A DNA stretch of 64,000 bases, taken from the NCBI GenBank assembly GCA_965215365.1, contig CBDCDS010000003.1, positions 2,112,001 to 2,176,000 on the forward strand, in the 5' to 3' direction. The position numbers were made by a program, and so were the translations under genes. Below are positions 1-11,824 of this stretch, one piece after another (position 1 is the stretch's first letter; each line of letters starts with the position of its first letter). The notes beneath the pieces are model-generated. The model ran no database searches. It had not been told where the DNA came from and worked only from the letters and a program-made list of their open reading frames with translations. This DNA is from Gammaproteobacteria bacterium (GTDB lineage: Bacteria; Pseudomonadota; Gammaproteobacteria; Eutrophobiales; Eutrophobiaceae).

Positions 1-311
1 ATGTCGTCGAAATCTTCTGCCGCATCGAGCGCGCACCGCTCTGCTGAGGCTAGATAATTTTTCGCAGTATTGATCGCGATCCGGTAAAGCCAGGTATAAA
101 ATGCACTATCACCGCGAAACCCGGGCAAGGCCCGGTAGGCCTTGATAAAGGTTTCCTGCGCCACATCGCCAGCGTCACCGGGTTCGCGTACGTAACGGGA
201 TACCAGACCCAGAATTTTGCCCTGATACTTTAACACCAACGCATCGAAGGCCTTCTTGTCGCCGCGCTTTACCCGGTCTATAAGTATCTGGTCTGGTGTG
301 TTACGTTCCAT
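1..311 (-). CDS. rpoE: ECF RNA polymerase sigma factor RpoE (5' part; runs off the window)
   Basis: Hand translation from ATG at 311: MERNTPDQILIDRVKRGDKKAFDALVLKYQ...DVAQETFIKAYRALPGFRGDSAFYTWLYRIAINTAKNYL; divergent from nadB as in other gammaproteobacteria. Not in the ORF track. Confidence 0.95.
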   Translation of the reverse strand, partial: MERNTPDQILIDRVKRGDKKAFDALVLKYQGKILGLVSRYVREPGDAGDVAQETFIKAYRALPGFRGDSAFYTWLYRIAINTAKNYLASAERCALDAAEDFDD

Positions 312-414
312 AGTGGCAGTCAGCCGGGCGCACCGGTGTGCTCTGTCTGTACGTGGATGTAACATTATATTATCTTGTATCACGTATTGCACTCCAACTG
401 ATGACATCCAACTG

Positions 415-1995
415 ATGACTGACACGCAGCGCCAATCTGAGGTACTGATTATCGGTAGTGGGGCTTCCGGCTTGAGTCTGGCCTTGCAACTGGCCCGCCA
501 CGCGCGAGTCACGGTAATCTCCAAGGCGGCCTTGCAGGAAGGCGCAACGCGTTATGCGCAGGGCGGCATCTCCGCAGTCCTGCATGAGCGCGATACGCTC
601 GAGTCCCATATCAATGACACGCTGAACACGGGCTGCGGACTGTGCGACCCTGAAGTGGTCAGGTTTGTGGTGGAAGAAGGCCGGGAAAGCATTCGCTGGC
701 TGATTGATCTGGGTGTCAACTTCACCCGCTTCCCCCATGCCGATGGACAGGAGTTCCACCTGCACCAGGAAGGCGGCCATAGTCACCGCCGCGTGCTGCA
801 TGCGGCGGACTCTACCGGCGCCGCCATAGCCGGCACGCTGGAGAGCCGCGTGCGGGCACATGGCAGCATAGACCTGCTGGAGTTTCATACCAGTCTCGAC
901 CTCATTGTCAACAATGGGCGCTGTGTTGGCGCTTACGTTTATGATCAGCGTGCGGGACGGGTGCGGGTGTTCCGTTCTCGTTTCACGGTGCTTGCCACGG
1001 GGGGCGCCGGCAAGGTCTATCTGTACACCAGCAACCCCGATATCTGCACCGGCGACGGCATCGCCATGGCCTGGCGTGCAGGTTGCCGGGTCGCCAATAT
1101 GGAATTCATCCAGTTTCATCCCACTTGTCTGTATCACCCCGAGGCGAAGTCGTTTCTGCTCTCCGAGGCCTTGCGCGGCGAGGGCGCAAAATTACTGCTG
1201 CCCGACGGCGCCCGTTTCATGGAAAAGTTTGACCCGCGCGGGGAACTGGCGTCCAGAGATGTGGTCGCGCGCGCCATCGACCACGAAATAAAGCGCTTAG
1301 GTAGCGATTGTCTCTACCTTGACCTCAGCCACCGTGGCAAGAATTTCATTATGAAACACTTCCCCATGATCTATGCCCGTTGCCGGCAATACGGCTTTGA
1401 CCTGGCCCGACAAGCCGTTCCGATTGTGCCCGCAGCCCACTACACCTGTGGCGGGGTGGTGATTGACATGCACGGCCGCACCGATGTGGCCGGCTTGTAT
1501 GCCATCGGCGAGGTGTCCTGTTCCGGCTTGCATGGCGCTAACCGTATGGCAAGCAATTCCCTGCTGGAATGTCTGGTTTTCGCCCATGCCGCGTACCAGG
1601 ACATTCGGCGTCATCTTGCGCAAACTGTGCCCCTGCCGGCCGTACCAGAGTGGGACGAGAGTCAGGTAACGGACTCAGACGAAGAGGTCGTGGTGTCTCA
1701 TAACTGGGATGAAATCCGCCGCTTCATGTGGGATTACGTCGGTATTGTGCGCACCAACAAACGCTTGCAACGCGCCCGCCACCGGATCAGGCTGCTGCAA
1801 GAGGAAATCTACGATTACTACGGCAACTTCCGCATTACCAACGACCTGATCGAATTACGCAATCTGGCTCAGGTAGCAGAACTCATCATCGAATCGGCGC
1901 TGCGGCGCCAGGAAAGCCGGGGACTGCATTACTCGCTTGACTACCCGGTGTCGAACCGGACTGCCTCAGCGCACCATACGATCCTGCAACCCTGA
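415..1995 (+). CDS. nadB: L-aspartate oxidase
   Basis: IIGSGASG FAD motif, YAQGGI, EGGHS..R, GLHGANRMASNSLLEC, ESRGLHY; start moved to the in-frame ATG at 415. Confidence 0.96.
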   Translation: MTDTQRQSEVLIIGSGASGLSLALQLARHARVTVISKAALQEGATRYAQGGISAVLHERDTLESHINDTLNTGCGLCDPEVVRFVVEEGRESIRWLIDLGVNFTRFPHADGQEFHLHQEGGHSHRRVLHAADSTGAAIAGTLESRVRAHGSIDLLEFHTSLDLIVNNGRCVGAYVYDQRAGRVRVFRSRFTVLATGGAGKVYLYTSNPDICTGDGIAMAWRAGCRVANMEFIQFHPTCLYHPEAKSFLLSEALRGEGAKLLLPDGARFMEKFDPRGELASRDVVARAIDHEIKRLGSDCLYLDLSHRGKNFIMKHFPMIYARCRQYGFDLARQAVPIVPAAHYTCGGVVIDMHGRTDVAGLYAIGEVSCSGLHGANRMASNSLLECLVFAHAAYQDIRRHLAQTVPLPAVPEWDESQVTDSDEEVVVSHNWDEIRRFMWDYVGIVRTNKRLQRARHRIRLLQEEIYDYYGNFRITNDLIELRNLAQVAELIIESALRRQESRGLHYSLDYPVSNRTASAHHTILQP

Positions 1996-2009
1996 CTGAC
2001 CCGCGCGCC

Positions 2010-2396
2010 TCAGTCGTTGACCAACACCGGTGTGGCAGCCAGCGTCGGCCCGCCTTCAATCAACTTCTTGTTGGCAGGGTCCACCAACAGATTCAGACCC
2101 TCCATGGTACGTGCGCCGAGTAACTCCATGTCGCCTTTTTGAGCAAAAACAATTTCATCAACCGTGGAGCTGTTGTTCACGTAAATGATGGCATATCCGA
2201 CCGGGCGAGTGACTACCTCTCCATTGGCGATGACAAAACGACGCTTCTTTTCCGGGGTGATGCCAACCTGCTCCAGACGCCGCTCTTCAATCCAGCTGCA
2301 TTCACTGCCGGTATCGACCAGCAATTGGGGCACCCGTATCGAACGCGTGCGGTTTTGATAATTTTCCAGTGAACATTCTGTATAGAACGTGCCCAT
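2010..2396 (-). CDS. Clan AA (retropepsin-like) aspartyl protease family protein
   Basis: LLVDTGS catalytic motif, ANG flap, LLG..MEGLNLLVDP tail; AAGGAGG RBS before ATG 2396. Confidence 0.8.
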   Translation of the reverse strand: MGTFYTECSLENYQNRTRSIRVPQLLVDTGSECSWIEERRLEQVGITPEKKRRFVIANGEVVTRPVGYAIIYVNNSSTVDEIVFAQKGDMELLGARTMEGLNLLVDPANKKLIEGGPTLAATPVLVND

Positions 2397-2447
2397 TTGT
2401 TCCTCCTTACAGTTGATAACAGCCGCGGCAGTCAAGGCAAACCGCCG

Positions 2448-4496
<2,049 letters not shown>

Positions 4497-7400
4497 TCAT
4501 GCAGAAGCGGCCAGCTCCACGGCTGCGTCAATATCCACTGACACCAGGCGTGAAACGCCAGCCTCGTGCATGGTAACACCCAGTAGCTGGCGCGTGATCT
4601 CCATGGTGATTTTATTGTGGGTAACGATGATGAATTGCACGTCTTTGGACATGACCTTTACCATTTCACTGAACCTGACCACGTTGCTATCGTCCAGTGG
4701 CGCATCCACCTCATCTAAGATACAGAATGGGGCCGGATTCAGTTTGAAGATAGAGAACACCAGCGCCACGGCCGTCAGGGCTTTCTCACCGCCGGACAAC
4801 AGATGGATATTGCTGTTCTTTTTACCCGGCGGTCTGGCCATGACCGTCACGCCGGTTTCCAGCAGGTTTTGCTCGGTCATTTCCAGGTACGCATGACCGC
4901 CGCCGAACAACAGTGGAAAGTTTTCCTGGAGGTTTGCATTCAGGCGTTCGAAAGTTTCCTTGAAACGGGCGCGGGTCTCTTTGTCAATCTTGAGCATGGC
5001 ATTCTCCAGCGTCTCCAGAGCAGTGGACAAATCAGCATACTGGCTGTCCAGATAGGTTTTACGTTCACTGTTCTGTTCATATTCACCAATGGCCGCCAGA
5101 TTAATGGCGCCCAGGCGTTGTATCCGGTTCTCCACTGCGCCCAAGCGCTCTCGCCATGGTTGTATCCGGGCCTGCTCATCCAGCCCTTCCAGCAAGGCCT
5201 GGGGAGTATGTGCCATTGCCTCCAGCCGCTCTGCCAACGTTTGCACCCTGACGGTTGTCTCCTGGTGCCGGATGCGCGCCTGCTCCAATACTGCGCGTAA
5301 TTCCTGCAATGCCAGTTCCTTGTCCGCGCGCGCCTGCTCTTCGTCTCTGAGCAGCTGTTCCTGGCCTTGAACGGTTTCCCGAGCCGTTGCCAAGGCGGTT
5401 TCCGAGCTCAACTTCTGCGCCAGTTTGAGTTCCAGTTCATCACCCAGTTGTTGCAGCGGTTGCTGCTGTGCAGCCTGCGCGCGCGCCAGTTCGCCGAGGC
5501 GCTGCTCCAGCGCGGCAAGCTGCTCCTCGCCGCGCCGGCACGACTGTGCAAATGATGCCTTTTGCGTTTTGGCCGAGGTCACTTGCAATTCGAGAGCGTG
5601 GCTGTCGGCACCGGCATCCTGCCAGTGTGAGCGGGCTTTGCTCAACGCCTGGGTATGCTCGGCGCGCGTTGAGGCCAGTTGTTGCTGTTGTGTGAGCAAC
5701 TCCTGTCGGCACTTTTGAGCGCGCGCCAGCAGCGGTTCAAGCTGAACTATTTCCGCCTGCGCAGCCTGTTCCTGGTCATGCAAGTCATGTAGTTCCTGTT
5801 CAATCCTGGTGGCTCTCTCGGAACTCTGTTCGTGCCGGGTTTTTAACTCTGTAAACTGTGCCTTGGTGGTTGCAACAACTTCTTGTTGATTATTTAATGA
5901 TATAAGTAACTTATTGTTTTTAATGTTTTCTTTCTCGACAAGGTTGTTCTTTTGTCTGATCTCGTCTTCGCGCTGGCCAATCCCGGTTTGCAATTCCTGC
6001 CGGATCCCTTTCAAGCGGGTCAGCTCCTGTTCGCGCGCCAGTGCGCCGGGTGCCTCCGCGGCGCCTTGCATTCTTACCCAGTAATTATTCAGCCACACGC
6101 CGTCTTTGGTGATGACCGACTCGGTGTCATCCAGCTCGCGACCGATTAACCGTGCCTGTTGCTCACTCTCCGCCAGGTAGATACGGTTCAGCAAGACCTC
6201 CACAGGCGTTGGCGTTGTGACCTTGTCGATCAGCCTGGGCCAGGGTTTGGGTGTGTAACTGATGGGCTCGCCCTCAGCCAGCACAAAGCCGGCGTTACCG
6301 GTTTGCAGTGATGCTGTGTCCAAGTCAAGACCCTGCAGGTCTGTAACCAGCAAATCCTGCAAGCGCGCGCCAAGCACCAGCTCCAGCGCGGCCTCCCAAC
6401 CCGGCTCCACTCGTATCTCGTCTATCAGCCGAGGTCTGTCCGTCAACCCCTGCGCGGCCAACCAACGTTCCAGACTTTCCGTATCGTCCAGTGTTTGTGC
6501 GCGCTGCAATGCCTGCAGGGAGGTGATGCGGTTCTCATTCTTCTGGTGTTCGGCGCGCAACGTCTGAACTTGTGTATTCAAGTCTGTCAGCGCAGCCCGG
6601 TAGTCCTGCAAGCTGGCGGCGCTTTCCTGCAATTCCTGTTTCCTGCGCGCCAGCAGGCGCTCACTTTCGCCGGCGGCTGCAGATAAAATTTCCAACTCCT
6701 GTTGCAGTCGCTCCGGGAACAGCGTTGCCGCTTCCTGCTGCAAGTCGGCGCGGCGTTGCTCCAGCACCAATGTCCCGGACTGCAACAAGCCCTTGCGCGT
6801 GGTGTTCACTTCAATGCGCTTGTCGGTCTCGGCCAGCGTGCGCTGTAATGTATCCCACTCCTGTTGCAGGGTTTGCCAAACCTGCTCTGCAGTGCGCAAG
6901 GCCTTGTGGGCATCGCTGCCGGCGCTACGGGCGCGCTCCAGGCGTGGCGCCAGCTGCTCTATCCTGTCCGTAAGCTCGGTCAACTGCCTAGTATCATCCG
7001 CCTGTTGCCGCAACAGCGCCTGCTCGGATTGCCCGACCTTGGCGGCTTCCTCAGCCAGTGCATCAATGCGCTCTTTGGTATGGGTAATGCGTTGCTCCAG
7101 CTGCGATATGTCGCTGCCGATCTGGTAAAACCCGGCCTGGGCTACGTTAAGCGCTTCATTCGCGGCGCTGTAGCTCTGTCGCTGTGTCTCAATGCCTGCT
7201 TCCACCTTGCGCAGCGCGGCGAGACCGGCTTCCACCCGGTTTTCGTGCCTGCGCACAGCGCCAAGCCGGTCTTCGGCAGCAGCCGACAACTCCTGCCATT
7301 CCAGCGCCAGCAGTTCCGCCTGCAGTTGCCGCTCTTCCTGCTTGAGCGCCTTGAAACGTTCCGCCGCGCGGGCCTGTCGTTGCAAGTGTTCCAGTTGCTT

Positions 7401-8006
7401 TTCCAGTTCTTCCAGCAGGTCCGTCAACCTGCTGATGTTATCGCGGGTATGCCGGATGCGACGTTCCGTTTCCCGGCGCCGCTCCCGGAACCTGGAGATC
7501 CCGGCCGCCTCCTCCAGGAACATGCGCAACTCCTCTGGCCTGGCTTCTATGAGCCGGGAGATCACGCCTTGCTCAATAATTGAATAACTGCGCGGACCGA
7601 TACCGGTGCCGAGGAAGATATCCTGGATGTCCTTGCGTCGACAACGCGCGCCGTTGAGGAAATAGGTGGATATCGCATCCCGGTTCAATTGTCGGCGGAT
7701 GGAGATTTCGGCATACCCGGCATAGGCTCCGCCGAGTTTACCCCCCGCATTGTCAAACACAAGTTCCACCGAGGCCTGACCGACCGGCTGTCTGGCGCCA
7801 GAGCCGTTGAAAATCACATCAGTCAAGGCTTCACCGCGTAAATGCCTGGCGGAACTCTCCCCCATTACCCAGGTCACTGCATCGATAATATTGGACTTGC
7901 CACAGCCATTCGGCCCGACGATTCCGACCAGATTGTCGGCAACCTGCAGGACCGTGGGCTCAACAAAGGATTTGAAGCCGGCGAGTTTAATTTTGCGTAA
8001 GCGCAT
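4497..8006 (-). CDS. smc: Chromosome segregation protein SMC
   Basis: GFKSF, GPNGCGKSN Walker A, long coiled coils, LSGGEK signature, ILDEVDAPLD. Confidence 0.97.
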   Translation of the reverse strand: MRLRKIKLAGFKSFVEPTVLQVADNLVGIVGPNGCGKSNIIDAVTWVMGESSARHLRGEALTDVIFNGSGARQPVGQASVELVFDNAGGKLGGAYAGYAEISIRRQLNRDAISTYFLNGARCRRKDIQDIFLGTGIGPRSYSIIEQGVISRLIEARPEELRMFLEEAAGISRFRERRRETERRIRHTRDNISRLTDLLEELEKQLEHLQRQARAAERFKALKQEERQLQAELLALEWQELSAAAEDRLGAVRRHENRVEAGLAALRKVEAGIETQRQSYSAANEALNVAQAGFYQIGSDISQLEQRITHTKERIDALAEEAAKVGQSEQALLRQQADDTRQLTELTDRIEQLAPRLERARSAGSDAHKALRTAEQVWQTLQQEWDTLQRTLAETDKRIEVNTTRKGLLQSGTLVLEQRRADLQQEAATLFPERLQQELEILSAAAGESERLLARRKQELQESAASLQDYRAALTDLNTQVQTLRAEHQKNENRITSLQALQRAQTLDDTESLERWLAAQGLTDRPRLIDEIRVEPGWEAALELVLGARLQDLLVTDLQGLDLDTASLQTGNAGFVLAEGEPISYTPKPWPRLIDKVTTPTPVEVLLNRIYLAESEQQARLIGRELDDTESVITKDGVWLNNYWVRMQGAAEAPGALAREQELTRLKGIRQELQTGIGQREDEIRQKNNLVEKENIKNNKLLISLNNQQEVVATTKAQFTELKTRHEQSSERATRIEQELHDLHDQEQAAQAEIVQLEPLLARAQKCRQELLTQQQQLASTRAEHTQALSKARSHWQDAGADSHALELQVTSAKTQKASFAQSCRRGEEQLAALEQRLGELARAQAAQQQPLQQLGDELELKLAQKLSSETALATARETVQGQEQLLRDEEQARADKELALQELRAVLEQARIRHQETTVRVQTLAERLEAMAHTPQALLEGLDEQARIQPWRERLGAVENRIQRLGAINLAAIGEYEQNSERKTYLDSQYADLSTALETLENAMLKIDKETRARFKETFERLNANLQENFPLLFGGGHAYLEMTEQNLLETGVTVMARPPGKKNSNIHLLSGGEKALTAVALVFSIFKLNPAPFCILDEVDAPLDDSNVVRFSEMVKVMSKDVQFIIVTHNKITMEITRQLLGVTMHEAGVSRLVSVDIDAAVELAASA

Positions 8007-8216
8007 GAACAGTTAACCCGCATATCTCACCGAGTGATGCGAAGCTCGCGCCGGATGGGTTCTGCCTGCGGGTGCATGCGACCGAAACCATAGCGGTAGC
8101 TATGGTTGAGCAAGCACGTGCCCGCAGGCAGAACCAAAACCAGCGAGGGCGCATCAAGCGCAGTGTGTTATGTGGAAAGAGTAGCAGTATTATCATAACT
8201 TATTGAGAGAAATTAT

Positions 8217-8946
8217 GGTAACCTCTAAAAATACCCTCCGTGGTATTTTGTGATGCGTCCCATCCTTGGGACGCCCCCTGCGGGCGTCCTGCGGACGTCC
8301 AAATCCGCTCCGGGCGGATTTGTGAGACGGAAATGAAAAAGTATGATTTTTCATTTCCCTCATTGCGTCCATCCGTGGACGCAACCCTTCGGGCAGCTAT
8401 GGCTGTGCACAAATTCGTCTGGAACGAATTTGGACAGCGCAGCTGGCCCCATCGGGGCAAACTACACGGATGTAGTTTGCACAAATTCGTCTGGAACGAA
8501 TTTGGACAGCGCAGCTGGCCCCATCGGGGCAAACTACACGGATGTAGTTTGCACAAATTCGTCTGGAACGAATTTGGACAGCGCAGCTGGCCCCATCGGG
8601 GCAAACTACACGGATGTAGTTTGCACAAATTCGTCTGGAACGAATTTGGACAGCGCAGCTGGCCCCATCGGGGCAAACTACACGGATGTAGTTTGCACAA
8701 ATTCGTCTGGAACGAATTTGGACAGCGCAGCTGGCCCCATCGGGGCAAACTACACGGATGTAGTTTGCACAAATTCGTCTGGAACGAATTTGGACAGCGC
8801 AGCTGGCCCCATCGGGGCAAACTACACGGATGTAGTTTGCAAATCGTCTATCCTGACGATTTGTCATTTTCAAGCACTTACGTGCTTGCTGTTACTGGCA
8901 GCATGTCCTTATGCTGCACGGGCACCTCTAATTTTTAGAGGTGCCC
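8217..8946. mobile_element. MITE-B, non-autonomous element with hairpin-rich cargo
   Basis: Ends GGTAACCTCTAAAAA / TTTTTAGAGGTGCCC; 4-bp TTAT duplication (8213-8216, 8947-8950); no transposase ORF. Confidence 0.75.
8406..8840. repeat. Six identical tandem 72-bp REP-like palindromic units
   Basis: Unit TGCACAAATTCGTCTGGAACGAATTTGGACAGCGCAGCTGGCCCCATCGGGGCAAACTACACGGATGTAGTT starts at 8406, 8478, 8550, 8622, 8694 and 8766; no spacers. Confidence 0.97.
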
Positions 8947-9022
8947 TTATGTTTCACAAGGCAACAAGCGACTTGGTGAGATATGCGGGTTAAGATACCG
9001 GTAAGCGTGTACTGATACAAGA

Positions 9023-10154
9023 TGTCCGGGTTCAGAAACAAGTAAGACTCTTTAGATAAAGAAATCGGGTAGTCTGTGTGTGAATTAATCTCAACTAATT
9101 GACACAGGAGGACTACCCGATGCAGATCAAAAGCCTGCGGGTGAAATCATATCGCAGTTGGCGCGTGGATGATACTACCGATGCTGACGCGCTCGGTCGT
9201 TTGCAGCAGTTGGAATTGGTTGCGACGTTACGCGAGGATGGGTGTGGTGAGGCGACGGCACTGGCAGCAGTAGGTTGGTCGAGGGCGACCTACTACCGTT
9301 GGTTGAAGCGGTATCGTGAACATGGGCTGAAGGGTCTGGGGTGTGGCTCTCGTGCGCCGCGGCGGCGGCGTGTGCCGCAATGGACGCGCCAGCACGAGCA
9401 GCAGGTCTTGCACCTTCGCCAACGTTATCCGTTATGGGGCAAGCGTAAGCTCTGGCGGGTGGGGGTGCGCGAGCAGGGCTGGACTTTGAGCGAGAGTACG
9501 GTCGGGCGCATCGTGGCGAAGCTGGTGCGGCTAGGTCGGGTCAAGCCGGTGGCGTTTTACTATGGCCGGGTGAAGCCTAAGCGCCGCCGGGCGTTTACCC
9601 ATCATGCCAAGCGCTGGCGCTACGGGATGAAGGCTAAGGCGCCAGGGGAGTTGATGCAGATAGACCACATGAGTGTCGGCTTCACGGACGGCGTCACGGT
9701 GAAGGAGTTCAAGGCCGTCTGTCCGGTGAGCAAATGGAGTGCGCTGCGAGCCTACAGTCGGGCCACCAGTGGCAATGCCCGGCGCTTCTTAAAGGCGCTG
9801 TGCCAAGAGGCGCCGTTTCCCATCCGTTCTATCCAGGTCGATGGCGGCTCGGAGTTCCGAGATGAGTTCGAGCAGGCTTGCCAGGACTTAGGAATCCCCC
9901 TGTACGTGCTGCCCCCGAAAAAACCCGAATACAACGGCTGTGTAGAACGCGCCAATGCCACCAGCCGCTATGAGTTCTATCCGTTCTACGAGGGTCCACT
10001 GACCGTGGCGGCCATCAACCGCAAACTGGCAGAGTATCAGCAATACTACAATACCTACCGCCCGCATGACGGTATTGGTTTATTAACCCCAATGGAGTAT
10101 TATCAACAACTCACACAGCCTGCCTCTGAGTCTCATATGTATTGAACCTGGACA
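9023..10154 (+). mobile_element. IS481-family insertion sequence, copy 1 (1132 bp)
   Basis: Ends TGTCCGGGTTCA...TGAACCTGGACA; 5-bp duplication CAAGA (9018-9022, 10155-10159); single DDE ORF whose stop lies in the right IR. Confidence 0.92.
9099..10145 (+). CDS. IS481-family DDE transposase
   Basis: HTH (SRATYYRW); integrase core QIDH, QVDGGSEF, NGCVER, YNTYRPH. Start may be the ATG at 9120. Confidence 0.92.
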   Translation: MTQEDYPMQIKSLRVKSYRSWRVDDTTDADALGRLQQLELVATLREDGCGEATALAAVGWSRATYYRWLKRYREHGLKGLGCGSRAPRRRRVPQWTRQHEQQVLHLRQRYPLWGKRKLWRVGVREQGWTLSESTVGRIVAKLVRLGRVKPVAFYYGRVKPKRRRAFTHHAKRWRYGMKAKAPGELMQIDHMSVGFTDGVTVKEFKAVCPVSKWSALRAYSRATSGNARRFLKALCQEAPFPIRSIQVDGGSEFRDEFEQACQDLGIPLYVLPPKKPEYNGCVERANATSRYEFYPFYEGPLTVAAINRKLAEYQQYYNTYRPHDGIGLLTPMEYYQQLTQPASESHMY

Positions 10155-10180
10155 CAAGATTGACACAAAATAAAAATTAA

Positions 10181-10224
10181 AGTAACTTCCGAAAATACCT
10201 GCCTTGGCATTTTTAGAGGTTCCC
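10181..10224. mobile_element. Minimal 44-bp MITE-B derivative
   Basis: AGTAACTTCCGAAAATACC...TTTTTAGAGGTTCCC flanked on both sides by TTAA. Confidence 0.6.
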
Positions 10225-10274
10225 TTAAACCCGACGCCGGTGCATGGGGGAATGCATACTGGTAAAAAAACGAG

Positions 10275-10721
10275 ATGAAACGAAACGTCACCGAGGCTCA
10301 ATCCTCTGCAACGGCCTCTGCAACCAGCCCCGACCGCGGCATTGCTGAGTCAGGAGGCTATATGAATCCGGCCCAGGCTGCCCATTTCCGCGAGCAGTTA
10401 ATCGACTGGAAACATTCCTTGATGAAGGAAGTGGAACGTACTGTCCACCACATGCAGGACGAAGCGTCGAATTTTCCCGACCCCAACGACCGCGCCACCC
10501 AAGAAGAAGAGTTTGCACTGGAACTGAGGACTCGCGACCGGGAACGGAAACTCATCCGCAAGATAGATGAGTCGCTGATGATGCTGGATGCCGGCGATTA
10601 CGGCTATTGCGAAATCTGCGGCGGCGAGATCGGCATCCAGCGTCTGCAAGCCAGGCCCACGGCCACCCTCTGCATCGACTGTAAAACCTTAGACGAAATC
10701 AAGGAGCGGCAACTGGGGTAG
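10275..10721 (+). CDS. dksA: RNA polymerase-binding transcription factor DksA
   Basis: NFPDPNDRATQEEEFALELRTRDRERKL, C4 zinc finger (CEIC...LCIDC). Confidence 0.96.
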   Translation: MKRNVTEAQSSATASATSPDRGIAESGGYMNPAQAAHFREQLIDWKHSLMKEVERTVHHMQDEASNFPDPNDRATQEEEFALELRTRDRERKLIRKIDESLMMLDAGDYGYCEICGGEIGIQRLQARPTATLCIDCKTLDEIKERQLG

Positions 10722-10818
10722 TTACTCTATACCGAACCGGCAGATACCAAATAAAGGGAGCGGACCGGGCTACTGCCGTGCAGCTTCATTCTCGTATCAT
10801 TCAGGTTATACTACGCCC

Positions 10819-11373
10819 ATGCAGACGAAGGAAACTCTTGCGGGTCTCTTTATACTTGCTGTGGCCGGTCTGTCGTTGTGGCTGTGGCTCACTCCGTCCG
10901 GTTTGAAATGGGCGCCGGAGGTGACTTTTACCACCTTGCAGGGCGAGCGGCTCGCCATGGACGACTTGCGCGGGCGGCCGCTGCTGGTGACATTCTGGGC
11001 AACTACCTGCCCGGGATGCCTGAAGGAAATGCCACACCTGGTGGAATTGTATGAGGAATTCGGCCACAGCCGGTTTCAGCTGATCGGCGTTGCCATGTCT
11101 TACGACCCGCCCAACCGGGTGCTGGAATTGGCTAGCGAACGGCAACTGCCCTACCCTGTCAGCCTGGACCTGGACGGCGCCCTAGCTGCCGCCTTTGGTG
11201 ACGTGATGCTGACGCCAACATCATTTCTGATTGACCCGGAAGGCCGGATCGTCAGGCATAGCATCGGCGCGATGGATATGAGCGAACTGAGACAGGACCT
11301 TGAAAACCTGCTGTATAGGCAGGTTGCCGGGGATGAGCACAGGCCTGAGGTGGGCGCTAAGGAGCCGGCGTGA
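10819..11373 (+). CDS. TlpA-family membrane-anchored thiol-disulfide reductase
   Basis: N-terminal TM helix, FWATTCPGC, TPTSFLIDPEG. Confidence 0.9.
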   Translation: MQTKETLAGLFILAVAGLSLWLWLTPSGLKWAPEVTFTTLQGERLAMDDLRGRPLLVTFWATTCPGCLKEMPHLVELYEEFGHSRFQLIGVAMSYDPPNRVLELASERQLPYPVSLDLDGALAAAFGDVMLTPTSFLIDPEGRIVRHSIGAMDMSELRQDLENLLYRQVAGDEHRPEVGAKEPA

Positions 11374-11392
11374 ACCAATCCGGCGGATCATC

Positions 11393-11818
11393 ATGCTGCT
11401 ACTGAAGTCTCTGCACCTGATCTTCATGGTCACCTGGTTTGCCGGCCTGTTCTACCTGCCCAGGTTGTTTGTTTACCATGCCCGGAGTGATGATGCCATC
11501 AGCATCGACCGGTTCAAGATCATGGAACGCAAACTCTATTTCGGCATTATGACGCCGGGTGCGGTATTAACCCTGATCTGTGGCTGCTGGTTGGCCCTGG
11601 CCAACGGCTGGGACGGCTACGCAGCTCAGACCTGGTTTCAGGTGAAACTGGCGCTGCTGCTGCTGCTGCTCTGTTATCACCTGCACTGCGGCAAATTGTT
11701 GCAGGATTTCAAACACGATCGCAACCGCCACAGCCATGTGTGGTACCGCTGGTATAACGAAATACCGGTGCTGTTCCTGGTTGCCATCATCCTGCTGGCG
11801 GTATATAAACCGCTCTGA
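11393..11818 (+). CDS. hemJ: Protoporphyrinogen oxidase HemJ (CopD family)
   Basis: KSLHLIFMVTWFAGLFYLPRLFVYH, MERKLY, YRWYNEIP; start at ATG 11393. Confidence 0.92.
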   Translation: MLLLKSLHLIFMVTWFAGLFYLPRLFVYHARSDDAISIDRFKIMERKLYFGIMTPGAVLTLICGCWLALANGWDGYAAQTWFQVKLALLLLLLCYHLHCGKLLQDFKHDRNRHSHVWYRWYNEIPVLFLVAIILLAVYKPL

Positions 11819-11824
11819 CGCCTG

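Larger units (their letters stand above)
8017..8989. mobile_element. MITE-A copy 1 (239-bp element interrupted by a 730-bp insertion)
   Basis: TIRs CCCGCATATCTCACC / GGTGAGATATGCGGG flanked by TTAA (8013-8016, 8990-8993). Removing 8217-8950 leaves 239 bp, colinear with 22874-23112. Confidence 0.85.

Noticed and set aside
256-414. N-terminal extension of nadB in the ORF track
   Set aside because: Overlaps the divergent rpoE gene; NadB homology starts at ATG 415
5870-5960. AT-rich patch inside smc as a possible insertion
   Set aside because: In frame, encodes Asn/Lys-rich coiled coil, no flanking repeats, and protein length is normal
7987-8196. Similar small ORFs here and at 22820-23063
   Set aside because: They are translations of MITE-A copies
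8406-8840. CRISPR array
   Set aside because: Units are fully identical with no variable spacers, and no cas genes are in the window
8193-8993. Repeat-protein ORFs (8200-8820, 8240-8938, 8343-8993, 8397-8873)
   Set aside because: A 72-nt unit without stops opens several frames on both strands; the palindromic DNA explains the pattern better than coding
9120-9180. Transposase N-terminus (MQIKSLRVKSYRSW) as a captured ATPase start
   Set aside because: No Walker A follows, and it is the same in both IS copies; too short to support
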